DNA from: Verrucomicrobiota bacterium
Lineage (GTDB): Bacteria > Verrucomicrobiota > Kiritimatiellia > UBA8416 > JBHORK01
Length of the DNA: 64,000 nucleotides
Assembly: GCA_042565725.1 (NCBI GenBank)
Contig: JBHORK010000001.1
Span: 4,995 to 68,994, forward strand
Direction of reading: 5' to 3'
Of the stretch, positions 1 through 7,899 are shown piece after piece. Below the pieces are notes generated by a model that ran no database searches, had not been told where the DNA came from, and saw only the letters and a program-made list of their open reading frames with translations. Position numbers and translations under genes: made by a program. Numbering within the stretch: position 1 is the first letter of the stretch; every line of letters starts with the position of its first letter.

Positions 1-234
1 ATGCATGGCGATTGGTGCGGGAATAGCTTCATGTAAATCTGCCAGACCGCAAATATGGTCAAAATGACCATGAGTCAGCAAGTAAGCTGCAACGGAGAGA
101 TTATGCTTTTTGAGGACCGCAAGAATTTTAACAGCTTCAGCGCCGGGATCTATCACAATGGCCTGTTCGGAATTGCCCCAGACCAGATAGCAGTTAACCT
201 GGAATTCTCCAACTATAATTGTTTCAATATTCAT
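1..234 (-). CDS. MBL-fold metallo-hydrolase (glyoxalase II-like), N-terminal part; gene continues past window start
   Basis: Reverse-strand translation from ATG at 234 gives MNIETIIVGEFQVNCYLVWGNSEQAIVIDPG...AYLLTHGHFDHICGLADL with the HxHxDH metal-binding motif of metallo-beta-lactamase-fold enzymes; no stop before the window edge, so it is absent from the ORF track. Confidence 0.55.
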   Translation of the reverse strand, partial: MNIETIIVGEFQVNCYLVWGNSEQAIVIDPGAEAVKILAVLKKHNLSVAAYLLTHGHFDHICGLADLHEAIPAPIAMH

Positions 235-363
235 AACACACCGTTAAAATTAAAGGGCGAAGGAGCTTAGTTCAATAAAATAGTCGACTAATCGGCATTT
301 TTCTTCATTATTGTCACAGTGAGTTGTGTTGGCTGCGGCAACATGGCCTCACACGGAATATTC

Positions 364-422
364 CTTGTCCCGCCAAAGCGGGATAAATTGGATACTTGTC
401 CCGCAGGGCGGGATTGGATATT
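364..422. repeat. Two tandem ~30-bp direct repeats, each containing a GC hairpin (TTGTCCCGC-N3/4-GCGGGAT...TTGGATA), 24 bp upstream of coaB
   Basis: cttgtcccgccaaagcgggataaattggata then cttgtcccgcagggcgggattggatatt; each unit has a 6-bp stem tcccgc/gcggga. Confidence 0.6.
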
Positions 423-445
423 CAATCTGATATATTCATCTAACA

Positions 446-1075
446 ATGAAAATACTCATTACAGCAGGCCCTACCAGGGAGCCGATTGATCCGGTGCGAT
501 TTATCAGTAATCGTTCTTCAGGCAAAATGGGGTATGCCGTGGCAAATGCCGCGATTGAGAGTGGTCATGAAGTTGTTCTTGTTTCAGGGCCGGTGTCTTT
601 GCCGGTACCTGCCGGAGCCGTGTTTATCAAGGTGACAACCGCGGAGGAGATGTATCAGGCTGTGCAGGATCAAATTGACTGGTATGACGTGCTGATTATG
701 ACTGCGGCCGTTGCTGATCGGCGTCCGGCGAAGGCCTCGAAGAATAAAATTAAAAAAGACCGGATGGAGTCTTTTATTGAATTAACACCTACTGCTGATA
801 TTCTTTACGCCGTACGCGATCAGAAAAAAGACCGTTTGCACATTGGGTTTGCGGCTGAAACAGACAACATTATCGAGGAAGCTCGCCGGAAGCTCGTGAA
901 AAAAAGACTTGATCTGATAGTTGCGAATGATGTAACTAGGCCAGATTCGGGATTTGAGACCGATACAAACAAAGTTACGTTCATAACACGCTCGGGTCTG
1001 CCCTTGGAACTTCCTGTTATGAGTAAACACGAAGTGGCTGTTAATATCCTTGAATGGATAGAAGAAAACGCATAG
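446..1075 (+). CDS. coaB: Phosphopantothenate-cysteine ligase, standalone CoaB domain (no fused CoaC)
   Basis: N-terminus [29 protein letters not shown] matches the start of the CoaB half of bifunctional Dfp/CoaBC; 209 aa is the CoaB domain only. Confidence 0.8.
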   Translation: MKILITAGPTREPIDPVRFISNRSSGKMGYAVANAAIESGHEVVLVSGPVSLPVPAGAVFIKVTTAEEMYQAVQDQIDWYDVLIMTAAVADRRPAKASKNKIKKDRMESFIELTPTADILYAVRDQKKDRLHIGFAAETDNIIEEARRKLVKKRLDLIVANDVTRPDSGFETDTNKVTFITRSGLPLELPVMSKHEVAVNILEWIEENA

Positions 1076-1090
1076 GTTCGTATTTCTAAA

Positions 1091-2614
1091 ATGAAAGAAC
1101 GCGAACACTGGAAAAATAGATCGATTTTTATTATGGCCGCTGTTGGGTCGGCGATCGGTCTGGGTAATCTCTGGCGGTTTCCATATATTGCCGCTCAAAA
1201 CGGGGGAGGGGCTTTTCTGGTTCCATACTTCCTGGCCCTGCTCACTGCCGGCATTCCTATCATGATTATTGAATATGGGCTTGGTGTCCGCTCTCAGGCT
1301 TCCGCAAACATTGCGCTTGGCGCAGTTGACCGTAGATTCAGGTTTGTCGGTTGGTTGGCTATCATGGGGGCCTTTGCGATCAATATATATTATTGTGTCG
1401 TGATGAGCTGGACCTGGTGCTCTCTTTTTGACGTGGGAACAATTACGCAATGGGCCGATAGTATTTCAACATCAGGGCAGCATTTTAAGACTCAGTTATT
1501 GCAGCGGTCAAGCGGTGTTTGGCAGTTTGAGGGAATACGCTGGCCGATTCTTGCAGGTCTTGTTGTTACCTGGATCACAATTTGGCTGATAATAAAGAGC
1601 GGTCTTGGGAAAATAGGGAAAGTACTCCTTTTTACTGTTCCAGTGCCGGTTGTTCTTATTTTGGTTCTTGTCGTGCGCGGATTAACCCTGGAGGGGGCGC
1701 AAACCGGACTTAACTACTTTCTTTCTCCGGATTGGTCAAAGCTGGCCGATCCGAATGTATGGCTTGAAGCTTATGGGCAGGTTTTCTTTTCGCTTTCCGT
1801 TGGCTTCGGAACAATGATCGCGTATTCGTCGTTTATGCCGCGCAATACGGAAATACCTAATTCTGCGGCTATCACTTCTTTTGCAAACTGCTCTTTCAGT
1901 TTTTTGGCAGGTTTTGCTGTTTTCAGTGTTTTAGGCTATTTTGCCGTGGCCACAAATACTCCGATTGAAAATGTTGTAAGTGTTGAGAACGTGGGGCCGG
2001 GCCTCGCTTTTGTTATTTATCCTGCTGCTCTTGCAACGCTTCCCGTTTGGGTTAAAGGTTTTGCTTTTCTCTTTTTTCTTACGCTGCTTCTTCTGGGTAT
2101 TGACTCCGCTTTCAGTTTGCTTGAAACTGTCAGCGCAGCCTTGACGGATAAGTTTGATTTTTCACGTACAAAGTCGACGACAATAGTTGCTGTTATAAGT
2201 TTAGTGCTGGGACTTCCATTTGTAACCGGTGCAGGTCTTTACTGGCTGGACATTGTTGATCACTTTCTTATGAAATATGTAATTACCTTTGTTGCAATCA
2301 TGGAATGCATTATTGTCGGCTATTTTCTGGGCATTAAGAAATTTGCCTCCGAGATAAATCGAACAGCAGAAATCAAGCTGGGTCTTGTTTTTGCGATCAT
2401 GGTTAAATTTGTTACTCCTGTAATACTTGCTGTTACCATGGTGTTGTCATTTTACACAGAAGTAAAGGAGCCGTATGGAGGATATCCTCAATCGGCCATA
2501 TGGATAATAGGTGTGGGTACTCTGTTGTTGCTAATCGTTGTTTCTCTGATCTTGTCAACTGTTCGTACCGATACGGACAGGGAACGTGAGCGGGGCGTGC
2601 GGGAAATAAATTGA
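1091..2614 (+). CDS. Neurotransmitter:sodium symporter (NSS/SNF) family transporter
   Basis: Hallmark GNLWRFPY motif near N-terminus; about 12 predicted TM segments; 507 aa. Confidence 0.85.
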   Translation: MKEREHWKNRSIFIMAAVGSAIGLGNLWRFPYIAAQNGGGAFLVPYFLALLTAGIPIMIIEYGLGVRSQASANIALGAVDRRFRFVGWLAIMGAFAINIYYCVVMSWTWCSLFDVGTITQWADSISTSGQHFKTQLLQRSSGVWQFEGIRWPILAGLVVTWITIWLIIKSGLGKIGKVLLFTVPVPVVLILVLVVRGLTLEGAQTGLNYFLSPDWSKLADPNVWLEAYGQVFFSLSVGFGTMIAYSSFMPRNTEIPNSAAITSFANCSFSFLAGFAVFSVLGYFAVATNTPIENVVSVENVGPGLAFVIYPAALATLPVWVKGFAFLFFLTLLLLGIDSAFSLLETVSAALTDKFDFSRTKSTTIVAVISLVLGLPFVTGAGLYWLDIVDHFLMKYVITFVAIMECIIVGYFLGIKKFASEINRTAEIKLGLVFAIMVKFVTPVILAVTMVLSFYTEVKEPYGGYPQSAIWIIGVGTLLLLIVVSLILSTVRTDTDRERERGVREIN

Positions 2615-2625
2615 GGTAGGCTGAT

Positions 2626-2754
2626 ATGGAAGCTAAAGCAATTATAATGGCGCTGGCAGGAATTTTTCTTCTCTACGGCGGCTTAATATTCTGTATTGCT
2701 ATCGCGTGGTATCATGGTCGTAATCCTGAGAAAAATAATAACGACAAAAAATGA
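2626..2754 (+). CDS. Unannotated 42-aa single-TM small membrane protein immediately downstream of the NSS transporter (possible transporter accessory subunit)
   Basis: ATG at 2626 preceded by aggtagg; MEAKAIIMALAGIFLLYGGLIFCIAIAWYHGRNPEKNNNDKK; hydrophobic helix plus charged tail; 12 bp after the transporter stop, same strand. Confidence 0.4.
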   Translation: MEAKAIIMALAGIFLLYGGLIFCIAIAWYHGRNPEKNNNDKK

Positions 2755-2786
2755 TTCAATCCCGGCGGCTAATAGCCGAAGTACAC

Positions 2787-3437
2787 TCACATTGTAAGCC
2801 AGTCGTAAAGAGTTGAAAGCATTCCGATAAAGGTCTTCGTAATCACAATAAGACTGTGTGGTCCTATTGCAACAAGAATTGCGCCGAAAAGGGCCCGCAG
2901 GTAGCAGTTGCCTTCTATGACAAAGAAATAAAAGAACGAATAAAATGGAACCATCAAACACAATAGTCCATTGAACCAGGAATCCTTGAAACCAAGTATT
3001 ACTATGAAAACATGAAACCCCGCAACTATGACCGGGCCAATATAATTGATGAGTTCGGTCGTCTCATCGGAAAAACCGCCTTTGTATTTCATGGATGCCA
3101 TGATTGAAGCGAGTACTGCAAACAGGATCACGCTTGTTATAATATGGAAATTGTTGAGTTGAATCGTTTTCTTCTTTATTACGATGTTGTGAAAACGCCA
3201 TAACTTTTTACGAGGCTTTGTCTTTTTCTTGGCCTGGGGCTGACTGACTTCTGTCTTTAGTCGAGGTTTTGAATTTAGGGAGTTCGGTTCAACAGGCCTG
3301 GATGGCTCAGCCGCTTCCTCGGCTTCAATGTCAATTTTATCGCCGCAAAACTGGCACTTAAGTAAATTAGTATCTACGTATTCCGACACTATATTTGTTT
3401 GAGCGCAATTAGGACATCCAAATTCAACATCTGCCAT
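2787..3437 (-). CDS. Zinc-ribbon (CPxC...CxxC) plus C-terminal 4-TM domain protein, paralogue B; unknown function
   Basis: Start MADVEFGCPNCAQTNIVSEYVDTNLLKCQFCGDKI (ATG at 3437, not the extended ORF start at 3515); P/E/K-rich linker; C-terminal hydrophobic domain with ...LCLMVPFYSFFYFFVIEG... Confidence 0.6.
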   Translation of the reverse strand: MADVEFGCPNCAQTNIVSEYVDTNLLKCQFCGDKIDIEAEEAAEPSRPVEPNSLNSKPRLKTEVSQPQAKKKTKPRKKLWRFHNIVIKKKTIQLNNFHIITSVILFAVLASIMASMKYKGGFSDETTELINYIGPVIVAGFHVFIVILGFKDSWFNGLLCLMVPFYSFFYFFVIEGNCYLRALFGAILVAIGPHSLIVITKTFIGMLSTLYDWLTM

Positions 3438-3447
3438 CTTGTTCCCT

Positions 3448-4128
3448 TTATTCGCTCCACACATCGCCGCCGCCGGAAGCGATCCATGCTGTAATCTTGC
3501 TGAAGATGACAGCAATCCAGCCTGCCAGCACTATAGAGCTGTCTTGACCGATTCCTATCAATATTCCTCCGAAAACAGCCCGCATATAAAAATCGTCTGA
3601 TATGGAGAATAGGTAGTACAGGGAATAGAATGGAACCAGCAGACATAATGCACCCTGAAACATGGAATCCTTAAAGGCTTTAAGCACGATAAGAATGTGG
3701 CCCGCTATTACGAGGATTGGTCCATATAAACCGAAATACAGAATGCAGTCAGAAGTGAATGCCGATTGATATCTCAAATAAGCCATAAGGCCTCCCAATA
3801 GGATGAAGGTAATCCATGAGCCGCCATGGCGGGTAATTACAAACTTACGCTTTGGCTGTAGTTCATTGGCAGCTCTTTGGGAAATCCACCATTGCCTTTC
3901 CTCCGGTTCAGTCTCGGCTGATTCTGCTGTTTCAGCTGACTCTGCTGTATCGGGCTGTTCTATGGGTTTGGGAGTCTTACGAAGAGAAGGTTTTGATTTA
4001 GCAGAACTGACTTTGGGCTTAGCCAGCTTTTCACCGCATGATTGGCAAGCAATTGAATCGGAATCAATAAATTCTGATACCGTGGTTACTTTCGAACACT
4101 TTGGGCATTTGATGCTGACATCGGCCAT
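3448..4128 (-). CDS. Zinc-ribbon plus C-terminal 4-TM domain protein, paralogue A; unknown function
   Basis: Start MADVSIKCPKCSKVTTVSEFIDSDSIACQSCGEKL (ATG at 4128 after GGAG); linker with SAETAESAET repeats; C-terminal domain alignable to paralogue B (ALCLLVPFYSLYYLFSISDDFYMRAVFGGIL vs LLCLMVPFYSFFYFFVIEGNCYLRALFGAIL). Confidence 0.6.
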   Translation of the reverse strand: MADVSIKCPKCSKVTTVSEFIDSDSIACQSCGEKLAKPKVSSAKSKPSLRKTPKPIEQPDTAESAETAESAETEPEERQWWISQRAANELQPKRKFVITRHGGSWITFILLGGLMAYLRYQSAFTSDCILYFGLYGPILVIAGHILIVLKAFKDSMFQGALCLLVPFYSLYYLFSISDDFYMRAVFGGILIGIGQDSSIVLAGWIAVIFSKITAWIASGGGDVWSE

Positions 4129-4156
4129 AGATAACTCCCGGGTTGAAGTAGTTTGG

Positions 4157-4393
4157 CTATTCGCCCAGAATCTCCTCAAGGTTTTTTTGGTGTTCGGCGC
4201 TTACTTTCTCCAGGGTCTCCCGTGCTTTTTTACCAGCTCTAACTGCAGTTCGTCCGGTGACGCCGTCTATGAAAGTTTCTGTTGATGATTTTTGGTCCGG
4301 CGATATTTCCCCGCTTTCTTTCTTTTCCTGCTCATTGGGTTTTCTGCAGCCGGTAAGTCCGTATAGAATTAATATTATTAAGAACAGTTTCAT
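4157..4393 (-). CDS. Small lipoprotein (78 aa)
   Basis: MKLFLIILILYGLTGC lipobox; hydrophilic K/E-rich remainder; start overlaps the HK stop by 4 bp (operon). Confidence 0.5.
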   Translation of the reverse strand: MKLFLIILILYGLTGCRKPNEQEKKESGEISPDQKSSTETFIDGVTGRTAVRAGKKARETLEKVSAEHQKNLEEILGE

Positions 4394-5928
4394 CTTATGG
4401 TTGTTCTTTGTGTGGCCGTGCTCTTCTGTGAAAGAACACGACGGATTGTTTCGAGAAAATGTTCAGAACGGAATGGCTTCTGGATGAATTCCCATGATCC
4501 GCGTCCCAGGTAGCCTCTTACATAGTCTCTTGAGAATCCTGATGTCAGGATGATAAGAGCTGTTGGGTCTATCGCGAATATTTCCTCTACGATCTTCTTG
4601 CTGTCTTTTCCCGGCATTATAACGTCAATAATTGAAAGTTTGATATCACCTGCGTGATCTTTGTAAAATGGAACGACTTTTTCAGGGTCTTTTAACGTAT
4701 GAACATGATAACCAGATTTTTGAAGAACGTCTCTAGCTTTGTCTAAGACTTCTTTTTTATCATCCGCCATAAGGATAGTTTCACCCCCTGCGTGTGCAAC
4801 GCGTTTTGCTTCTTTTTCTGCTTGAACTTTGGCTTTCGGAATGAACAGCCTGAAACTTGATCCGTGGCCGGGTTGACTTCTGACTTTTACATAACCTCCC
4901 CAGCGCTGGATGGAGCTTTTGAGCGCAGTTAAGCCGAGTCCGGTTGCAGAGCCTTGCTCTTTTGTTGAAAAGAAAGGCTCAAAGATACGATTTAAAATGT
5001 CTTTGGGTATTCCGCAGCCGGTATCGCGTATGCGTAGAACCACATATTTTTTCTTGCCGGCTACTTTTAGCGAAGTATCGATTAATATGTCGCCTCCGGA
5101 GGGCATTGCATCAGCGGCGTTAAAGAATAAATCAAGTATGCTGTCAAGAAGCTGGCTTTCATCAGCCATAACATAGGGTGTTTTTGTAAGATTCGGAGCT
5201 TTTAAAATTATTTTACGTTCATCGAAAGTAGCTTTAACCATGTTAATGGCGTTTTTAATTACTCTGCCTAATGGAATTGGTTTGATTTCCATTTCGCCGT
5301 TAATGTTGCTTGCTCGAGCAATGCTTAGCAGACGTTTCGGGATTTGTCCGGCATGTTCGGATGCCTGGAGAATGCTGAGCGCTTCCTCATATGCCTTGGT
5401 GTTCGGGATAAGGGTGTCGGCTATCGCTGACGCGTGAGACGATATAATCCCAAGCCAGTTAGTGAATTTAAGCGCTATGCTTTGTACAACATTTCCTATT
5501 GCTTCTATTTGCTGCTTGTTCCGGGTTTCCCTGTTTTTCAGCATTTTTTTGGTTGTATCGCTGAAAACAAACACACAACCTTCAATGCTGCTCCTGTACC
5601 CCATTATTGGAGAGAGTGTTCCTCTAATAATTATTTCTCGTTTATCAAGAGTAACCATTATTGTGTCTGGGAAGTTTCTGGGTTCGGAACTTTTATGGAA
5701 TGATAACGCTGTTGGAATCCTTACGGATGTACGCTTATTGTGATCGAAAAGCTGGAATAATTCCTTCTGGGGCTTACCAAGGAACGATTTCAGCTTTTGA
5801 CCGGTAAGCAACTCAGCATGGTAGTTCATAAATGTTATGAGCCCACCTTTGTCGGTGGCAATTACGGCCTCGCTCATGTATCTCAAAATCGAGCTTAACC
5901 ACTTGGCATCTTTGTATTTAGGGTCCAT
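4390..5928 (-). CDS. Hybrid sensor histidine kinase (PAS - HisKA - HATPase_c - C-terminal receiver)
   Basis: True start MDPKYKDAKWL at 5928 (the ORF-track N-terminal extension to 6150 looks non-coding); HATPase motifs DTGCGIP...GLGLTAL; C-terminal REC-like segment ILMADDKKEVLDKARDVLQKSGYHV...SIIDVIMPG. Confidence 0.8.
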   Translation of the reverse strand: MDPKYKDAKWLSSILRYMSEAVIATDKGGLITFMNYHAELLTGQKLKSFLGKPQKELFQLFDHNKRTSVRIPTALSFHKSSEPRNFPDTIMVTLDKREIIIRGTLSPIMGYRSSIEGCVFVFSDTTKKMLKNRETRNKQQIEAIGNVVQSIALKFTNWLGIISSHASAIADTLIPNTKAYEEALSILQASEHAGQIPKRLLSIARASNINGEMEIKPIPLGRVIKNAINMVKATFDERKIILKAPNLTKTPYVMADESQLLDSILDLFFNAADAMPSGGDILIDTSLKVAGKKKYVVLRIRDTGCGIPKDILNRIFEPFFSTKEQGSATGLGLTALKSSIQRWGGYVKVRSQPGHGSSFRLFIPKAKVQAEKEAKRVAHAGGETILMADDKKEVLDKARDVLQKSGYHVHTLKDPEKVVPFYKDHAGDIKLSIIDVIMPGKDSKKIVEEIFAIDPTALIILTSGFSRDYVRGYLGRGSWEFIQKPFRSEHFLETIRRVLSQKSTATQRTTIR

Positions 5929-6092
5929 GTTTGTTGATTTCCTCTTCTGTTGTAATTTACAACGCAGTATTTGTCTGGTCAAGACAAACGAGCCCTGAGG
6001 AATTTGCAATGTAACCCGTCCTGAGGCGGGCAAGCGCAAATGCGAAGGGGAATAGGGGCGGAAACGAGAAGGTCTGAGAATTAGGTCCCGAC

Positions 6093-6118
6093 ACGAAATA
6101 CGCTTCACGAGATACGAG
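6093..6118. repeat. Copy of dispersed motif GTATCTCGTGAAGCGTATTTCGT (reverse orientation), about 165 bp upstream of the HK operon start
   Basis: acgaaatacgcttcacgagatacgag; the same 17-26-nt motif recurs at 11031-11075 (degenerate tandem), 37672-37707, 37978-38002 and 38899-38937. Confidence 0.7.
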
Positions 6119-6298
6119 TTAGAATTCGCGGGATTTAAACCTATTTCCAAGCCAGAGCGGAATAAGAGTGGTTAACGCAGTGATAACAAACAGCCATACT
6201 CCCGCCCAGATCAAACCCGAGTACAGTTGCGAAAGACTGATTTTGTTGGTGAAGTGCAAATGGGATACAAATCCGAAAGGCAATATTACTGCCAGCAT
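6119..6298 (-). CDS. Small hydrophobic membrane protein (59 aa), hypothetical
   Basis: MLAVILPFGFVSHLHFTNKISLSQLYSGLIWAGVWLFVITALTTLIPLWLG...; the longer ORF-track version runs into the repeat element and is unlikely. Confidence 0.3.
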   Translation of the reverse strand: MLAVILPFGFVSHLHFTNKISLSQLYSGLIWAGVWLFVITALTTLIPLWLGNRFKSREF

Positions 6299-6313
6299 GA
6301 AGCATAAACTAGT

Positions 6314-6568
6314 CTGAACATTGCACGAACAAAACAGAATGTTTAATAAAAAGGGAATAACCACAGGGCGATATAAAGATTTTTTGAAGAAACAACAAAA
6401 CACAAATTGTAATCTTAGTTTTTGAGAGAATATTCTGTTTTGTTCGCCCGAAGGGTGAGTTCACAGCACGTAATCGCCTTTGTTCTCAAGGGTAAAGCGG
6501 TATGCTATACAGCGTTACCCTTGACGCCGCGGCGCTTCCGCACTGTGAACTCATGCAATGATCAGGCT
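6314..6568. repeat. ~255-bp dispersed structured repeat, copy 1 (MITE or sRNA-like); second copy at 25087-25346
   Basis: About 90% identical to 25087-25346 by eye; internal inverted repeats cgaacaaaacagaat / attctgttttgttcg about 100 bp apart, and hairpin caagggtaa(a/c)gcggtatg(c/t)tatacagc(g/a)ttacccttg. Confidence 0.75.
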
Positions 6569-6587
6569 AGGATAATGAATATACGTT

Positions 6588-7475
6588 TCACGGCCTTTGG
6601 GTGACTTCCAGAAGCTCAGATTGGATTTTTGAAAGTTCTGATTTGAGAGATGCAAACTTTGGGTTGTCAGTTAATTTTTTCGCGTTCCAGTCACTGTACT
6701 TTTTCTTCGCAGATTTAAAATCATCCACAAGTTTGATGTTTTTTCCTTTCATGCGACGCAGTTCGTCTGCTATCTCAATGCGTTCGGCACCTGTTGACGA
6801 GTCTCTTTTCTTTTGGAGGATTTCTGTTTTCTTCCAGAATTCATTATAAGTTTTTTTTGAAGTTTCATACTCTTCGGCGTATGGATTGTTGGATTTTATA
6901 AAAGCCTGTTGCTCTTTCAGCAGTGTTCTTAATTGCGCCGCGACTTTGGATTGGTCTGATCTCAGCTTTTTCTCCTCGGGATTTGCTGTATCCAGTGAGC
7001 CCGAACGTAGATCAAGATTTTCCGCTCGAATATATATGTTTGGCACAAGTCGGTTGTTATGATGGACGCTACACAGTGCCAGATTTTCTTTGCTTACTGT
7101 TTTTGTTTCGGACACTTCGACAAGTGTTCCGGGGGCGATTTTCCGTAAGAACTTGTAGGATTCATTGTATGCATTAGCGCCGGAGCTTTTTACCACACCC
7201 CATTTCAAGTGAGTATTAACGGCTGGTTTTTTTCCTGAGGTTTCGGAGGGAATGTCAATTTTCTCCAGGTCTGGCTTCTCCCAGAGGATCTGTTCAAGGT
7301 CTTCCTCGATTTTTGCAATTGTTTTGGTTGTTTGTCGGGGCCGGGGTTGAGTGGAACGCGTTTGATATACGCGTTCCTGGTTACGCAAACATCCAACGCT
7401 AAAGTAAATGGCTGTAGTGCCAGCAACGGCGACGATCAGGTATTGAATAATAAATTTTTTCCATGCATTTGTCAT
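6588..7475 (-). CDS. Hypothetical lipoprotein with coiled-coil, K/E-rich C-terminal half
   Basis: Signal peptide plus lipobox FSVGC; no recognisable catalytic motifs; possible SH3-like middle segment (low certainty). Confidence 0.5.
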   Translation of the reverse strand: MTNAWKKFIIQYLIVAVAGTTAIYFSVGCLRNQERVYQTRSTQPRPRQTTKTIAKIEEDLEQILWEKPDLEKIDIPSETSGKKPAVNTHLKWGVVKSSGANAYNESYKFLRKIAPGTLVEVSETKTVSKENLALCSVHHNNRLVPNIYIRAENLDLRSGSLDTANPEEKKLRSDQSKVAAQLRTLLKEQQAFIKSNNPYAEEYETSKKTYNEFWKKTEILQKKRDSSTGAERIEIADELRRMKGKNIKLVDDFKSAKKKYSDWNAKKLTDNPKFASLKSELSKIQSELLEVTQRP

Positions 7476-7498
7476 ATGTTGTCAGTTGTATGTAAAAA

Positions 7499-7771
7499 TT
7501 AATTTTCGGCTGACGATGATCGCAAGAGCCCTATTGCCGTAAGAATTCCAACTATACAGCCGAATAACAAATAAGCGAGAAGGAAACTCTGATTCTGTCC
7601 GATAAAAAGTGTCCATCCCCATTTGTATGCAAACAGATAAGCGGCAATAAGACCAACACGATTATACCTGCAGACCAGACATAACGCGAGAATCATAAGA
7701 AGAATAGAAATTTCCAGTGCTGGCAGTGTTAGATTGGCTTGGAGAAGAATCTTGAAAAAATCTTTGGTCAC
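7499..7771 (-). CDS. Small 3-TM membrane protein (90 aa)
   Basis: Three hydrophobic segments; sits between the lipoprotein and the protease pair on the same strand. Confidence 0.4.
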   Translation of the reverse strand: MTKDFFKILLQANLTLPALEISILLMILALCLVCRYNRVGLIAAYLFAYKWGWTLFIGQNQSFLLAYLLFGCIVGILTAIGLLRSSSAEN

Positions 7772-7899
7772 ACAGTTTCCTTTTTATGGGATGGATTACA
7801 AAATCAGTTTATTATGAATTAGCGGTTAATTGCAAGAATATTAAGGAATTTGCGCATGCGCAAATTCAAAAGGGGTAGTAGTAGGGAAGCCCGATCCCG

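Noticed and set aside
782-1450. 222-aa ORF on the minus strand spanning coaB and the NSS transporter
   Set aside because: Antisense to two well-supported genes; no motifs; typical shadow ORF.
5929-6150. N-terminal 74-aa extension of the histidine kinase ORF in the ORF track
   Set aside because: The extension is low-complexity and runs through the promoter and repeat motif; the conserved protein starts at MDPKYKD (ATG 5928).
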